63,740 bases of DNA from a virus (taxonomy: Duplodnaviria > Caudoviricetes), in the IMG/VR virus record IMGVR_UViG_3300032330_001642, positions 1 to 63,740 of that record. One strand, given 5' to 3'. A program made the translations under genes and the position numbers. A model generated the notes under the pieces. It did not search any database and was not told the DNA's origin. It saw nothing but the letters and a program-made list of their open reading frames with translations. The first letter of the stretch is position 1; each line of letters starts with the position of its first letter. Positions 17,644 to 25,019 of the stretch are shown here, piece after piece.

Positions 17644-18486
17644 TTAATTTTCAGTTTCTAATCGTTTAATAACATCTTTAATATTGATATATGATGTTAA
17701 AATTGTTGGTAACCCAAGAAGAGAGTTACAAAAATCAAACATATATCTGTACGTTGAGAATACACTTCCCACACTCACTTTATTGTACATTACGTAGTAT
17801 GTTAATAATGCCGTCACACTTCCGTATACAATCGCTTGAATCCAAATTGAGAACTTAGAATCTATCACTGATAACTTAATTGATAATTGTTGTCCTCTTC
17901 TTAATAAGTTATTAACTGATGATATTTTTCTAGTATTAATAATTTGAGTTTGTTCTTCAGATAAATCGTTATTCAAACTTGTAACCGCTGCTATCCTTGG
18001 TGAGTAATAAAAACTAACACCCAAGATTAAAACCGAGGTAATCATTAAGAATCCAACTATCGGTAAACTTACCATCGCCAAGAAGTAAATTGCTCCAACC
18101 AAACCAATTATTGTTTGTAATACAACCAACATATCTCTCTCAAAAAAATGAACGATATAATTCATTAAGGTCAATCTTCCGTTAATCTTTGTTGTCTCAA
18201 CACCGTTCTCAATTTGTTTGTGAGTTTCAATTGATGCAAATCGTCTATAAATCCCGGAGAATACTCTAACATCGTAAATTCTACTGATGTACCCGAAAAA
18301 CATAATGGCAACAAATGTTGAAACCAAATACCAAATGTACGAATAGTCTTTTGCTATCAAGTGGTCAATCGCATTACCCAAAACCTTTGGATAAATAACC
18401 ATCAAAATCGCATTCACCATAAACAACGAATATGAAAATACAATAGATTTCCAATTCTCCTTAAACATTACTTTTAACTTATTCAT
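17644..18486 (-). CDS. ABC transporter transmembrane-domain-like protein (no ATPase)
   Basis: about 6 TM helices; YPKVLGNAID, RIYDVRVFSGIY, SVGSVFS patterns. Confidence 0.7.
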   Translation of the reverse strand: MNKLKVMFKENWKSIVFSYSLFMVNAILMVIYPKVLGNAIDHLIAKDYSYIWYLVSTFVAIMFFGYISRIYDVRVFSGIYRRFASIETHKQIENGVETTKINGRLTLMNYIVHFFERDMLVVLQTIIGLVGAIYFLAMVSLPIVGFLMITSVLILGVSFYYSPRIAAVTSLNNDLSEEQTQIINTRKISSVNNLLRRGQQLSIKLSVIDSKFSIWIQAIVYGSVTALLTYYVMYNKVSVGSVFSTYRYMFDFCNSLLGLPTILTSYINIKDVIKRLETEN

Positions 18487-18542
18487 ATCTTTCCGTTTTA
18501 ATTTTGACAAAGATACAACTAAATTTTAATCTGCCAAATTTT

Positions 18543-19049
18543 TTAGAATAATAAATATGGTTCCCATTCTTCCGGGATGTAATGAACCTGTCTCATCAAC
18601 ATTAAATAATGTGGTCGTCTTGGTTGAGGGATTTCTTTTCCATACTCCTCTAACGTTAAATTTGACTTCTCACTATTACATTTTCTACAAGCGGTTACCA
18701 AGTTGTCCCACGCGTCTTTACCACCCTTAGATTGGGGTATTACGTGGTCTAATGTCAAAGTTTTACGATTGTCACACCCACAATAAACACAGGTATAACC
18801 ATCTCTTCTATAAACATTCTCTCTGTTCAAAGGAACTTTATGAATCGGTTGATTCACATATTTGTAAACCCTAATAATTGAAGGTTTTTTGATATCCAAT
18901 TCAGGATTGATTAACTTGAATGATTCCGGATGTTCGGCAATAACACTTGCATTACCTTTATAAGAAATTACAAAAGCCCTCTCAGTGTTTATGATAGACC
19001 TTGGCATAAAACTTGAATCCAAAACCAATGTTTTTCCGTACTTACTCAC
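18543..19049 (-). CDS. HNH endonuclease (McrA-like)
   Basis: RDGYTCVYCG, LTLDHVIP, WDNLVTACRKCN. Confidence 0.9.
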   Translation of the reverse strand: MSKYGKTLVLDSSFMPRSIINTERAFVISYKGNASVIAEHPESFKLINPELDIKKPSIIRVYKYVNQPIHKVPLNRENVYRRDGYTCVYCGCDNRKTLTLDHVIPQSKGGKDAWDNLVTACRKCNSEKSNLTLEEYGKEIPQPRRPHYLMLMRQVHYIPEEWEPYLLF

Positions 19050-19085
19050 GACTTTTGATTTTTAATTAAACATTCTTTTTATTTG

Positions 19086-19157
19086 TTCCCCCGCCGAGAG
19101 TCGAACTCGGCCCCATAGATTAAAAGTCTATTGCCTACACCAGTTTGCTACGAGGGA
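19086..19157 (-). tRNA. tRNA-Lys(TTT)
   Basis: ATAGA-CTTTTAA-TCTAT. Confidence 0.88.
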
Positions 19158-19240
19158 TTATTGAGCTCATTATACCTTAACATTGGGCTCAAAATCTCAC
19201 TTATTTGAGCTTAATAATTATGGTTTGTGAGCCACATTTG

Positions 19241-19312
19241 TCGTTACGGATGGATTCGAACCATCGACCACTGAAGTATCAGTTCAGCACTCTACCACTG
19301 AGTTACGTAACG
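19241..19312 (-). tRNA. tRNA-Ile(GAT)
   Basis: CTGAA-CTGATAC-TTCAG. Confidence 0.9.
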
Positions 19313-19318
19313 AAATTG

Positions 19319-19395
19319 TCGGGATAGCAGGATTCGAACCTGCGAGTTCTCCTGCTCCCAAAGCAGGCGGGGTAACCGGACTCCCCAATATCCCG
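19319..19395 (-). tRNA. tRNA-Pro(TGG)
   Basis: CCTGC-TTTGGGA-GCAGG. Confidence 0.9.
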
Positions 19396-19401
19396 AGTAA
19401 T

Positions 19402-19461
19402 TAACTACCATTTGACTCTTTTCGAACTTTGGAGGCTCGTATCATTCCTTAATGGTAGTTA
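19402..19461 (-). ncRNA. repeated small structured element, copy 1
   Basis: closing stem around core GAATGATACGAG...TCGAAARGAGTCA, shared with 20756-20813. Confidence 0.55.
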
Positions 19462-19466
19462 TTTTG

Positions 19467-19539
19467 TCTAAATGGCTGGACTCGAACCAGCGGTCTCTAC
19501 GGTCCAAGTGTAGCGGATTACCAACTTTCCCACATCTAG
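19467..19539 (-). tRNA. tRNA-Pro(TGG)
   Basis: CTACA-CTTGGAC-CGTAG. Confidence 0.85.
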
Positions 19540-19546
19540 AATTTAA

Positions 19547-19726
19547 TTATATTTTTAATTTTCCTGAACGATAATCTTCCACCATTTGTTTCAGTCTCTC
19601 GTCTCTTTTTTCCATCATCTTTCTGATTTTCTCAGTTCTTTCAGGACTTGGGTTAGAATCAATTGTATAAACCACCCCCATTTTATCTAATTCATTTAAG
19701 AATTCTTTTGTTTCAAATTTTTTCAT
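19547..19726 (-). CDS. small hypothetical protein
   Basis: ORF between tRNAs; start MKKFETKE. Confidence 0.6.
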   Translation of the reverse strand: MKKFETKEFLNELDKMGVVYTIDSNPSPERTEKIRKMMEKRDERLKQMVEDYRSGKLKI

Positions 19727-19740
19727 AACTTTATGTTTTG

Positions 19741-19827
19741 CGGAGAACAAGGGAATCGAACCCTCACCGGTTTTACCCGGAACATCTTAGCAGGATGCCA
19801 CTACGAACCAATATTAGACTATTCTCC
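19741..19827 (-). tRNA. tRNA-Ser(GCT)
   Basis: loop CTGCTAA; long variable arm; G73. Confidence 0.9.
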
Positions 19828-19834
19828 ATTTTTG

Positions 19835-19921
19835 CGCAGATGGTAGGAGTCGAACCCACTCGGAAACTTGCGTTTCATACATAAGATTTGGAGTCTTACC
19901 GGCTACCTCAGCCTCACCTGC
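19835..19921 (-). tRNA. tRNA-Trp(CCA) with a long variable arm
   Basis: TAAGA-CTCCAAA-TCTTA; variable hairpin GAAAC-GCAA-GTTTC. Confidence 0.75.
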
Positions 19922-20000
19922 ATAAATTAATAGGATATCGCTTAACCTATCCGTGACTTGGCCCTGTCACTTAACTCGTGTTACCGAGACGATTTTTTTG

Positions 20001-20072
20001 TGTCCCCAAGAGGATTCGAACCCCTATCTTCAAGTCCGTAGCCTGACGTTCTGTCCGTTGAACTATGGAGAC
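20001..20072 (-). tRNA. tRNA-Arg(ACG)
   Basis: TCAGG-CTACGGA-CTTGA. Confidence 0.9.
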
Positions 20073-20176
20073 AATTTGAGGTTGAGAACTCCTCTGTGTT
20101 AGTCTTTACTAGTTGTTGCAACAACCTTGTAGCCACTCTATTTTCCTTTCTCAAGGGAACAACACATTTTAATTTA

Positions 20177-20270
20177 AGTATTCACACAAGGTGTTAGTTT
20201 TATGGGAGTTCTACTGCAGATGTGCCCAAAAGTGACTTACCTAACACGGACTCCATTCCCCGTGAATACT
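20177..20270 (-). ncRNA. candidate structured RNA
   Basis: AGTATTCAC/GTGAATACT closing stem and inner GTGTTAG/CTAACAC stem. Confidence 0.45.
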
Positions 20271-20457
20271 ATTTCCACTGAGTTTTTCGGTTATACTTCC
20301 AAGTTTTATAACTTCTGTATTTAATTGACGAATGTCCTTTCTTGAAATTTAATCCCTCATCCCAATAGGGTGGAAATTCTTCTTTTAACCAAATTACTCT
20401 GTACTCTTTTGAACAAGTTGCCTTGTCCAACTTTTTTCTGTTTGTGTTTACACTCAT
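20269..20457 (-). CDS. small basic protein behind a TGA-uORF/hairpin switch
   Basis: 62-aa K/R/W-rich ORF with its start directly after a hairpin. Confidence 0.7.
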   Translation of the reverse strand: MSVNTNRKKLDKATCSKEYRVIWLKEEFPPYWDEGLNFKKGHSSIKYRSYKTWKYNRKTQWK

Positions 20458-20485
20458 AATCTCTGAGTCTGTTGTTTAGCAGACC

Positions 20486-20512
20486 TCAAAGATTGTCAAA
20501 TACCTTTTTCAT
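20486..20512 (-). promoter_or_regulatory. uORF MKKVFDNL-TGA with its stop in a hairpin
   Basis: AATCTTTGAGGTCTG-CTAAACAA-CAGACTCAGAGATT immediately followed by ATG. Confidence 0.65.
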
Positions 20513-20528
20513 AATATTTTTTTATTTG

Positions 20529-20601
20529 GGTGACTAAGGAGAATCGAACTCCCACCTTCAGAACCACAATCTAACATACTAACCGTTATACTATAGCCAC
20601 C
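20529..20601 (-). tRNA. tRNA-His(GTG)
   Basis: loop TTGTGGT; G-1:C73. Confidence 0.9.
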
Positions 20602-20677
20602 ATATATACCCCCTTCACCGGCTTAACGGACCGGCTGCCATATGGGAGTGGGGGTTTCCCGTTATTTCGGGACTCCG

Positions 20678-20749
20678 CGGACTTGGGGAATTTTGAAATC
20701 CCGACCTCGATGTTAACAGCATCTTGCTCTTCCTCTGAGCTACAAGTCC
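20678..20749 (-). tRNA. tRNA-Asn(GTT)
   Basis: GATG-CTGTTAA-CATC; T-loop TTCAAAA. Confidence 0.85.
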
Positions 20750-20755
20750 AATTTT

Positions 20756-20813
20756 GACTACTACCTGACTCCTTTCGAGCTTATGAAACTCGTATCATTC
20801 AATCTTAGTAGTC
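20756..20813 (-). ncRNA. repeated small structured element, copy 2
   Basis: GACTACTA/TAGTAGTC stem around the same core as 19402-19461. Confidence 0.55.
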
Positions 20814-20897
20814 CAAGGCTGTAGGAGCTCATCTTTACACTTAGGCTTTTTGTCTTCTCGATTCCGGAATCTTACGACCGTAGCGTCACCTTGTTTG

Positions 20898-20970
20898 TGG
20901 TTCCCCGGGGAATCGAACCCCATCCTTTAGATTTTCAGTCTAACGTACAGACCACTTATACCAGAGAACC
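20898..20970 (-). tRNA. tRNA-Phe(GAA)
   Basis: TTAGA-CTGAAAA-TCTAA. Confidence 0.9.
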
Positions 20971-20974
20971 AAAT

Positions 20975-21114
20975 AATGATAATGTTGAAGTACCCGTTTC
21001 GCTTCAATCTTGACTGCTTAATCATAGTTTTATGGTGCACCGGCAGAGGGTTATGAATTCTTGAACCTATCTTGGATTGTCGACATCCGAGAGATAGAGA
21101 AAACCATTATCATT
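20975..21114 (-). ncRNA. candidate structured RNA
   Basis: AATGATAATG/CATTATCATT closing stem with internal hairpins. Confidence 0.45.
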
Positions 21115-21116
21115 GG

Positions 21117-21197
21117 TGGAAAGTAGTGGACTCGAACCACTCCCGTAAGGACCTGATTTACAGTCAGGTTGCCGTATCCGAACGACTTTTACTTTCC
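21117..21197 (-). tRNA. tRNA-Tyr(GTA)
   Basis: CCTGA-CTGTAAA-TCAGG; variable arm; encoded CCA follows. Confidence 0.9.
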
Positions 21198-21202
21198 TTT
21201 TG

Positions 21203-21273
21203 TACCCCGAGATGGAATTGAACCACCACCATTTGTATGTAAGACAAATACGCTTCCATTACGCCATCGGGGC
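21203..21273 (-). tRNA. tRNA-Val(TAC)
   Basis: TTTGT-CTTACAT-ACAAA. Confidence 0.9.
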
Positions 21274-21279
21274 AAATTG

Positions 21280-21347
21280 TACCGAGAAATGGTAATGCTC
21301 CATTCTATAGTCGGATATGAGCCGTCTATGGTCCTTGACCTCTCGAT
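21280..21347 (-). tRNA. atypical tRNA-Met(CAT) with minimal D arm
   Basis: ATCGAGA/TCTCGGT acceptor; loop CTCATAT; D arm GGTC-AAG-GACC; T-loop AGCATTA. Confidence 0.6.
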
Positions 21348-21402
21348 GTTTTTGGTGGACATAGGCTCATCACCTACTCTTGGGTTTCCACCGAACCCTT
21401 CG

Positions 21403-21474
21403 TTACCCCTGAGAGAATCGAACTCCCACCGCGTGGACCAAAACCACGTGTACTAACCGTTATACGAAGGGGCA
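21403..21474 (-). tRNA. tRNA-Gln(TTG)
   Basis: CGTGG-TTTTGGT-CCACG; U1:A72. Confidence 0.9.
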
Positions 21475-21575
21475 ATAATATTTTAGTTAAAGAACGGTTA
21501 CCACAATTACGTTCGCCCCGGACACTACTCCGGACATTCTGTTTTGGGTGTGGATTAAACTATTTAACTAACCCG

Positions 21576-21663
21576 CGGAAGGAGTGGGACTCGAACCCAC
21601 ACGTGTGTTACCACCAACGGTTTTCAAGACCGCGACCCGTAGACCAACTTGGCTTACCCTTCC
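21576..21663 (-). tRNA. tRNA-Ser(TGA)
   Basis: GCGGT-CTTGAAA-ACCGT; long variable arm. Confidence 0.92.
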
Positions 21664-21671
21664 ATTTTTTC

Positions 21672-21722
21672 TTACCAATATTTCAAATAACTTGTTCCTT
21701 TATTTTGATGGGACAAAGGTAA
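21672..21722 (-). promoter_or_regulatory. Bacteroidota-type promoter (TACCTTTG) plus boxA-like leader of tRNA operon B
   Basis: TAnnTTTG at 21714-21721; 25-mer identical to 15612-15636. Confidence 0.7.
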
Positions 21723-21753
21723 TCCTTTTTTTTTAACTTTCAAACTTTTTTAC

Positions 21754-21789
21754 AAAAAAAAATCCTGAACTTTTTAGATTCAGGATTTT
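21754..21789 (-). terminator. attenuator terminator of leader B
   Basis: AAAATCCTGAA-TCTAAAAAG-TTCAGGATTTT followed by a T tract. Confidence 0.85.
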
Positions 21790-21811
21790 GGTATATGGTT
21801 ATGTTAACTTC

Positions 21812-21934
21812 TTATATAGTTGTCAAGTCATCCAATAAAACATCTGAATCTGTATGCGAGGTACGCGGATACGAACAATTACTAAATTGTTGTTTCCAAA
21901 TCACGACGTTCATATGTTTATTAGTGTTTCTCAT
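21812..21934 (-). promoter_or_regulatory. leader peptide B (MRNTNKHMNVVIWKQQFSNCSYPRTSHTDSDVLLDDLTTI)
   Basis: 40-aa ORF before the terminator; AGATTCAG is complementary to terminator CTGAATCT; codons match operon B tRNAs. Confidence 0.8.
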
Positions 21935-22028
21935 TTTTTCTAAATTTTGTGGTATCTCTACCTGTTGTTTCTTATAATTATATCAAACTTACGAAAAGTT
22001 TAATAAAAGTCAAATATTTTTTTTTATT

Positions 22029-22412
22029 TTAGCATTTTTTCAAACATAATCTAAAATATTTCTCACCGGGTCTATTAGAATAGAAGTAAAATACTACATT
22101 ATCATCATTTCTTTTCTCCATTATAATTCTAATACTTGATTCATCACCATCATCATCTATCAGGGTATATAAATAATTATATTGTCGGACAAACAATTGT
22201 TTTGATTTAACGTACATTTTATAATTACGTTTTTCAGTAATTATTGAAATTGTGTGTGATTCTTTATCCTCATAAAAAACTACTTCTCCGGGTATGTTTC
22301 TAATGTCCCACCCATCAGCCGTTCTCATATCAACAGTCTTAAACTCAAATCTTTTTTCTTGTGAGAATGAAGAAAAAGATAAGGTTAGTAACAATAAAAT
22401 TAAAAACCTCAT
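22029..22412 (-). CDS. secreted hypothetical protein
   Basis: Bacteroidota-type signal peptide ending FSQ. Confidence 0.65.
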   Translation of the reverse strand: MRFLILLLLTLSFSSFSQEKRFEFKTVDMRTADGWDIRNIPGEVVFYEDKESHTISIITEKRNYKMYVKSKQLFVRQYNYLYTLIDDDGDESSIRIIMEKRNDDNVVFYFYSNRPGEKYFRLCLKKC

Positions 22413-22675
22413 ACAAGTTTGTTTGCGATGTTAATAATAATACTTTCGTCCTCGTTGGATAATAGATGTTTTGAAAATCTAAGCTTTGTTAGTGATTCAT
22501 CCCATTCTAATTCCATTGCACTTGTACCTTCTTTAGTTGGTACTGCTTTACCATTGAATCGGGCCAAATGACCATCTTCAATTAAAGTTTCTATTAATTC
22601 ATCAATTTCACGACGACTACACTCGGAAATATATTCCCAAGGCTCAATATCGATTTCTGTACTAAAATCTGGCAT
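22409..22675 (-). CDS. hypothetical protein
   Basis: ORF. Confidence 0.65.
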   Translation of the reverse strand: MPDFSTEIDIEPWEYISECSRREIDELIETLIEDGHLARFNGKAVPTKEGTSAMELEWDESLTKLRFSKHLLSNEDESIIINIANKLV

Positions 22676-22677
22676 AA

Positions 22678-22941
22678 TTATAAATTTTCTAAATAGTTAA
22701 TAATTTTTGTAACTTGTTCTTTTGAATTCCATCCTGAAACATCATCACCATCCGGCATTGGCACAAACTTACCTAATGTCTTGTAGAGTGCGGCAACTTC
22801 AAATGAAGTTTTCCCATTTCCGTATAACCCGTTACCACCAACAACGGAAACTTCAATATCGTTTCCTAAATCTAATCTTGCTTGAACGGCACCTCTACCG
22901 ATAGCGTGTGGTTTGAATACTAAATCGTCAAATGTTTTCAT
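22678..22941 (-). CDS. hypothetical protein
   Basis: ORF; TATATTTG directly upstream. Confidence 0.65.
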   Translation of the reverse strand: MKTFDDLVFKPHAIGRGAVQARLDLGNDIEVSVVGGNGLYGNGKTSFEVAALYKTLGKFVPMPDGDDVSGWNSKEQVTKIINYLENL

Positions 22942-22981
22942 AGGGCAAATATATTACTTTTTTTTATAACACCAAAAAAAA

Positions 22982-23158
22982 TTAATGTTTTTTTACTAAA
23001 TATTTGTGACCCGAATCTGAATTAACCTCAAAAATCTCTTTCATTTTTAACGCTTCTTCTTCAGTTTCAAAAGTCATTATCTCAGAATAAGAATCAACTA
23101 AAATCACCGGTAATTCAACTCCGGTGTGGAATTTAACCATTTTTACTATTACCCACAT
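22982..23158 (-). CDS. small hypothetical protein (58 aa)
   Basis: MWVIVKMVKFHTGVELPVILVDSYSE...; TATTTAT upstream. Confidence 0.55.
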   Translation of the reverse strand: MWVIVKMVKFHTGVELPVILVDSYSEIMTFETEEEALKMKEIFEVNSDSGHKYLVKKH

Positions 23159-23285
23159 AATTTTTTTTTATAAGTATAAATAAAAAACAAAAAGGTGTCA
23201 AATGACACCCTTTTGCTAGATTTGGAATCTCCCCCTTTCTTTTTAGTTGGTTAATCCCATCCGGTTTCTACACCGAAGGTAAGTT

Positions 23286-25007
23286 TTAGCCCGCAATTGC
23301 TTTATCTTTCATAGTATCAGCAACTGTAGACATCTTTTGTGCCACACCACCAAGTAGTGGACATATAATGTGAGATAAACCGCTTTCAAGTTTCTTAGCG
23401 AATTCTGTACTGTCTAAATGGTCTATCATACTATTTCTAACTAAATCGGCTAACACACCTGAAACACCTTTACTGTCTGCGAATTTTTTAACAACTGCTT
23501 CAGTGATAGATTTAGCTAAAAGTTTTGTTGTAAAATCACAATTTGTTAATTGTGTTATTTCACCTATTTTAAGGTTACCGACGGTTGTTACGATAATATT
23601 TCCAATCCAACTATCTTTTTGACCCGGAGCAACCGCATCAATTAACCAAGTAGCCATTTTTTCTTTGAACCATCCTCCAATAACATCTGTCGATGGGAAT
23701 AAACCTTTTAATATTTCCCAAAACCCTTCATTGATTAATCCTTTATCAAAACCTTGAGAGTTCATATAAAACATTTCCGAAATAACTTCATTAAATAATT
23801 TATCTTTATCTTCAATTTTTGATTCTGAAATAATTTGGAATCTTGTGTTAATAATTTTAGATTCACCAATTAGTTTGTTTTTCTTTTCTTCTGATAATGT
23901 AACTAAATTTTCTTTAATTAAATCTTTTAATTTGTCTTTTTTAGACTCAGCAATTTGTTGTCCAATAATGTATGGGTTAGGTCTTTTTAATACATTTGAT
24001 TCACCCGCTAATATATTTTTTATATTATTCCAACTAAGAACTTTTCCTTGTCTAAAGAATCCAAACGGAGAATTTTTTGCAGAAAAATCAACATAATCTG
24101 ATAACTCAGCTTGATTTACACCGGTAAATCCACTTGCCTCATCATACGCTCCTGCATTTTTACATCTAACAATATATGGTTTGTATTGTTGAATTGTTGG
24201 GTTAATACTACCACCATTCATTTGCCAATCCATAGCAGTACCTAAGTATTGTAATAAATCAGTTTTACACGTTGCAGCGTCAACTTTTGTTTTATTAAAA
24301 GTAACATCCGGAGCAACTCCTTTTGGCATATAAATTGGGAAATCTTGACCTTGGAATGATAAATTACCAAATCTTTGAATATCTGTTAATCTGTCATATT
24401 TTGTTTGTAATTCACTTTTATCAATTGTTGGTGTAAAAGGTGTTGTAGGGTCTTTAGGTTTTAATTGATGTTTTGTATAATCATTAGGAAAATAATAAGT
24501 TAACATATCATTCCAAATTCTAAATAAGTTAGATACGGCACCTTTATCAATATATTCCTGTAATTTTTTAGTCACTTGATTCAAGTAGAAATAAACATCT
24601 GTTTGAGGGTCATCCGGATTTAATCCAAATTGAGTTAAAACATTACTAAATTGTAATTGTAATCCCGTATCAGGAATACCATCAATTAAATATGGTTTGT
24701 TTTGTGCATCTAATTTATATTTATAAACCGCGTCTGATATCTTAACTAAAATTCTACCATCGTAAGTCAAATAAATTGTATCTTTTCCCGGTCTTTCATA
24801 CATCTTAGCTGCGTAATATTTTCTGTTACCAACTTGAATTGCTCTTGGATTTCCATCAGGATATAATGCTAAATTAGATAATACTCCTTTACCTCTTAAT
24901 ATACCGTTGTTTTGTAATATATCTAACTCACCTTTTGGTGCGTTAACTACATTTTTCATACCAGAGTCAACAGGTTGTGTCGCTTGTTCTTTTATATTTT
25001 TTTTCAT
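23286..25007 (-). CDS. large hypothetical protein (possibly virion-internal)
   Basis: 573-aa ORF with LKDLIKENL and INEG motifs. Confidence 0.7.
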   Translation of the reverse strand: MKKNIKEQATQPVDSGMKNVVNAPKGELDILQNNGILRGKGVLSNLALYPDGNPRAIQVGNRKYYAAKMYERPGKDTIYLTYDGRILVKISDAVYKYKLDAQNKPYLIDGIPDTGLQLQFSNVLTQFGLNPDDPQTDVYFYLNQVTKKLQEYIDKGAVSNLFRIWNDMLTYYFPNDYTKHQLKPKDPTTPFTPTIDKSELQTKYDRLTDIQRFGNLSFQGQDFPIYMPKGVAPDVTFNKTKVDAATCKTDLLQYLGTAMDWQMNGGSINPTIQQYKPYIVRCKNAGAYDEASGFTGVNQAELSDYVDFSAKNSPFGFFRQGKVLSWNNIKNILAGESNVLKRPNPYIIGQQIAESKKDKLKDLIKENLVTLSEEKKNKLIGESKIINTRFQIISESKIEDKDKLFNEVISEMFYMNSQGFDKGLINEGFWEILKGLFPSTDVIGGWFKEKMATWLIDAVAPGQKDSWIGNIIVTTVGNLKIGEITQLTNCDFTTKLLAKSITEAVVKKFADSKGVSGVLADLVRNSMIDHLDSTEFAKKLESGLSHIICPLLGGVAQKMSTVADTMKDKAIAG

Positions 25008-25019
25008 TATTGTTTGTTA

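Noticed and set aside
19402-19461. Hammerhead ribozyme reading of the TGATA...GAAA repeat
   Set aside because: It lacks the CUGANGA core (no C3-G8 pair) and a proper stem III.
20480-20512. prfB-like +1 frameshift at CTT TGA producing a fusion
   Set aside because: The +1 frame stops after three codons and no correctly spaced internal SD is present.
11553-21977. Plus-strand ORFs across the tRNA region (for example 12574-12816, 15156-15449, 21169-21456)
   Set aside because: They are antisense shadows of tRNAs and structured RNAs, with no protein-like features.
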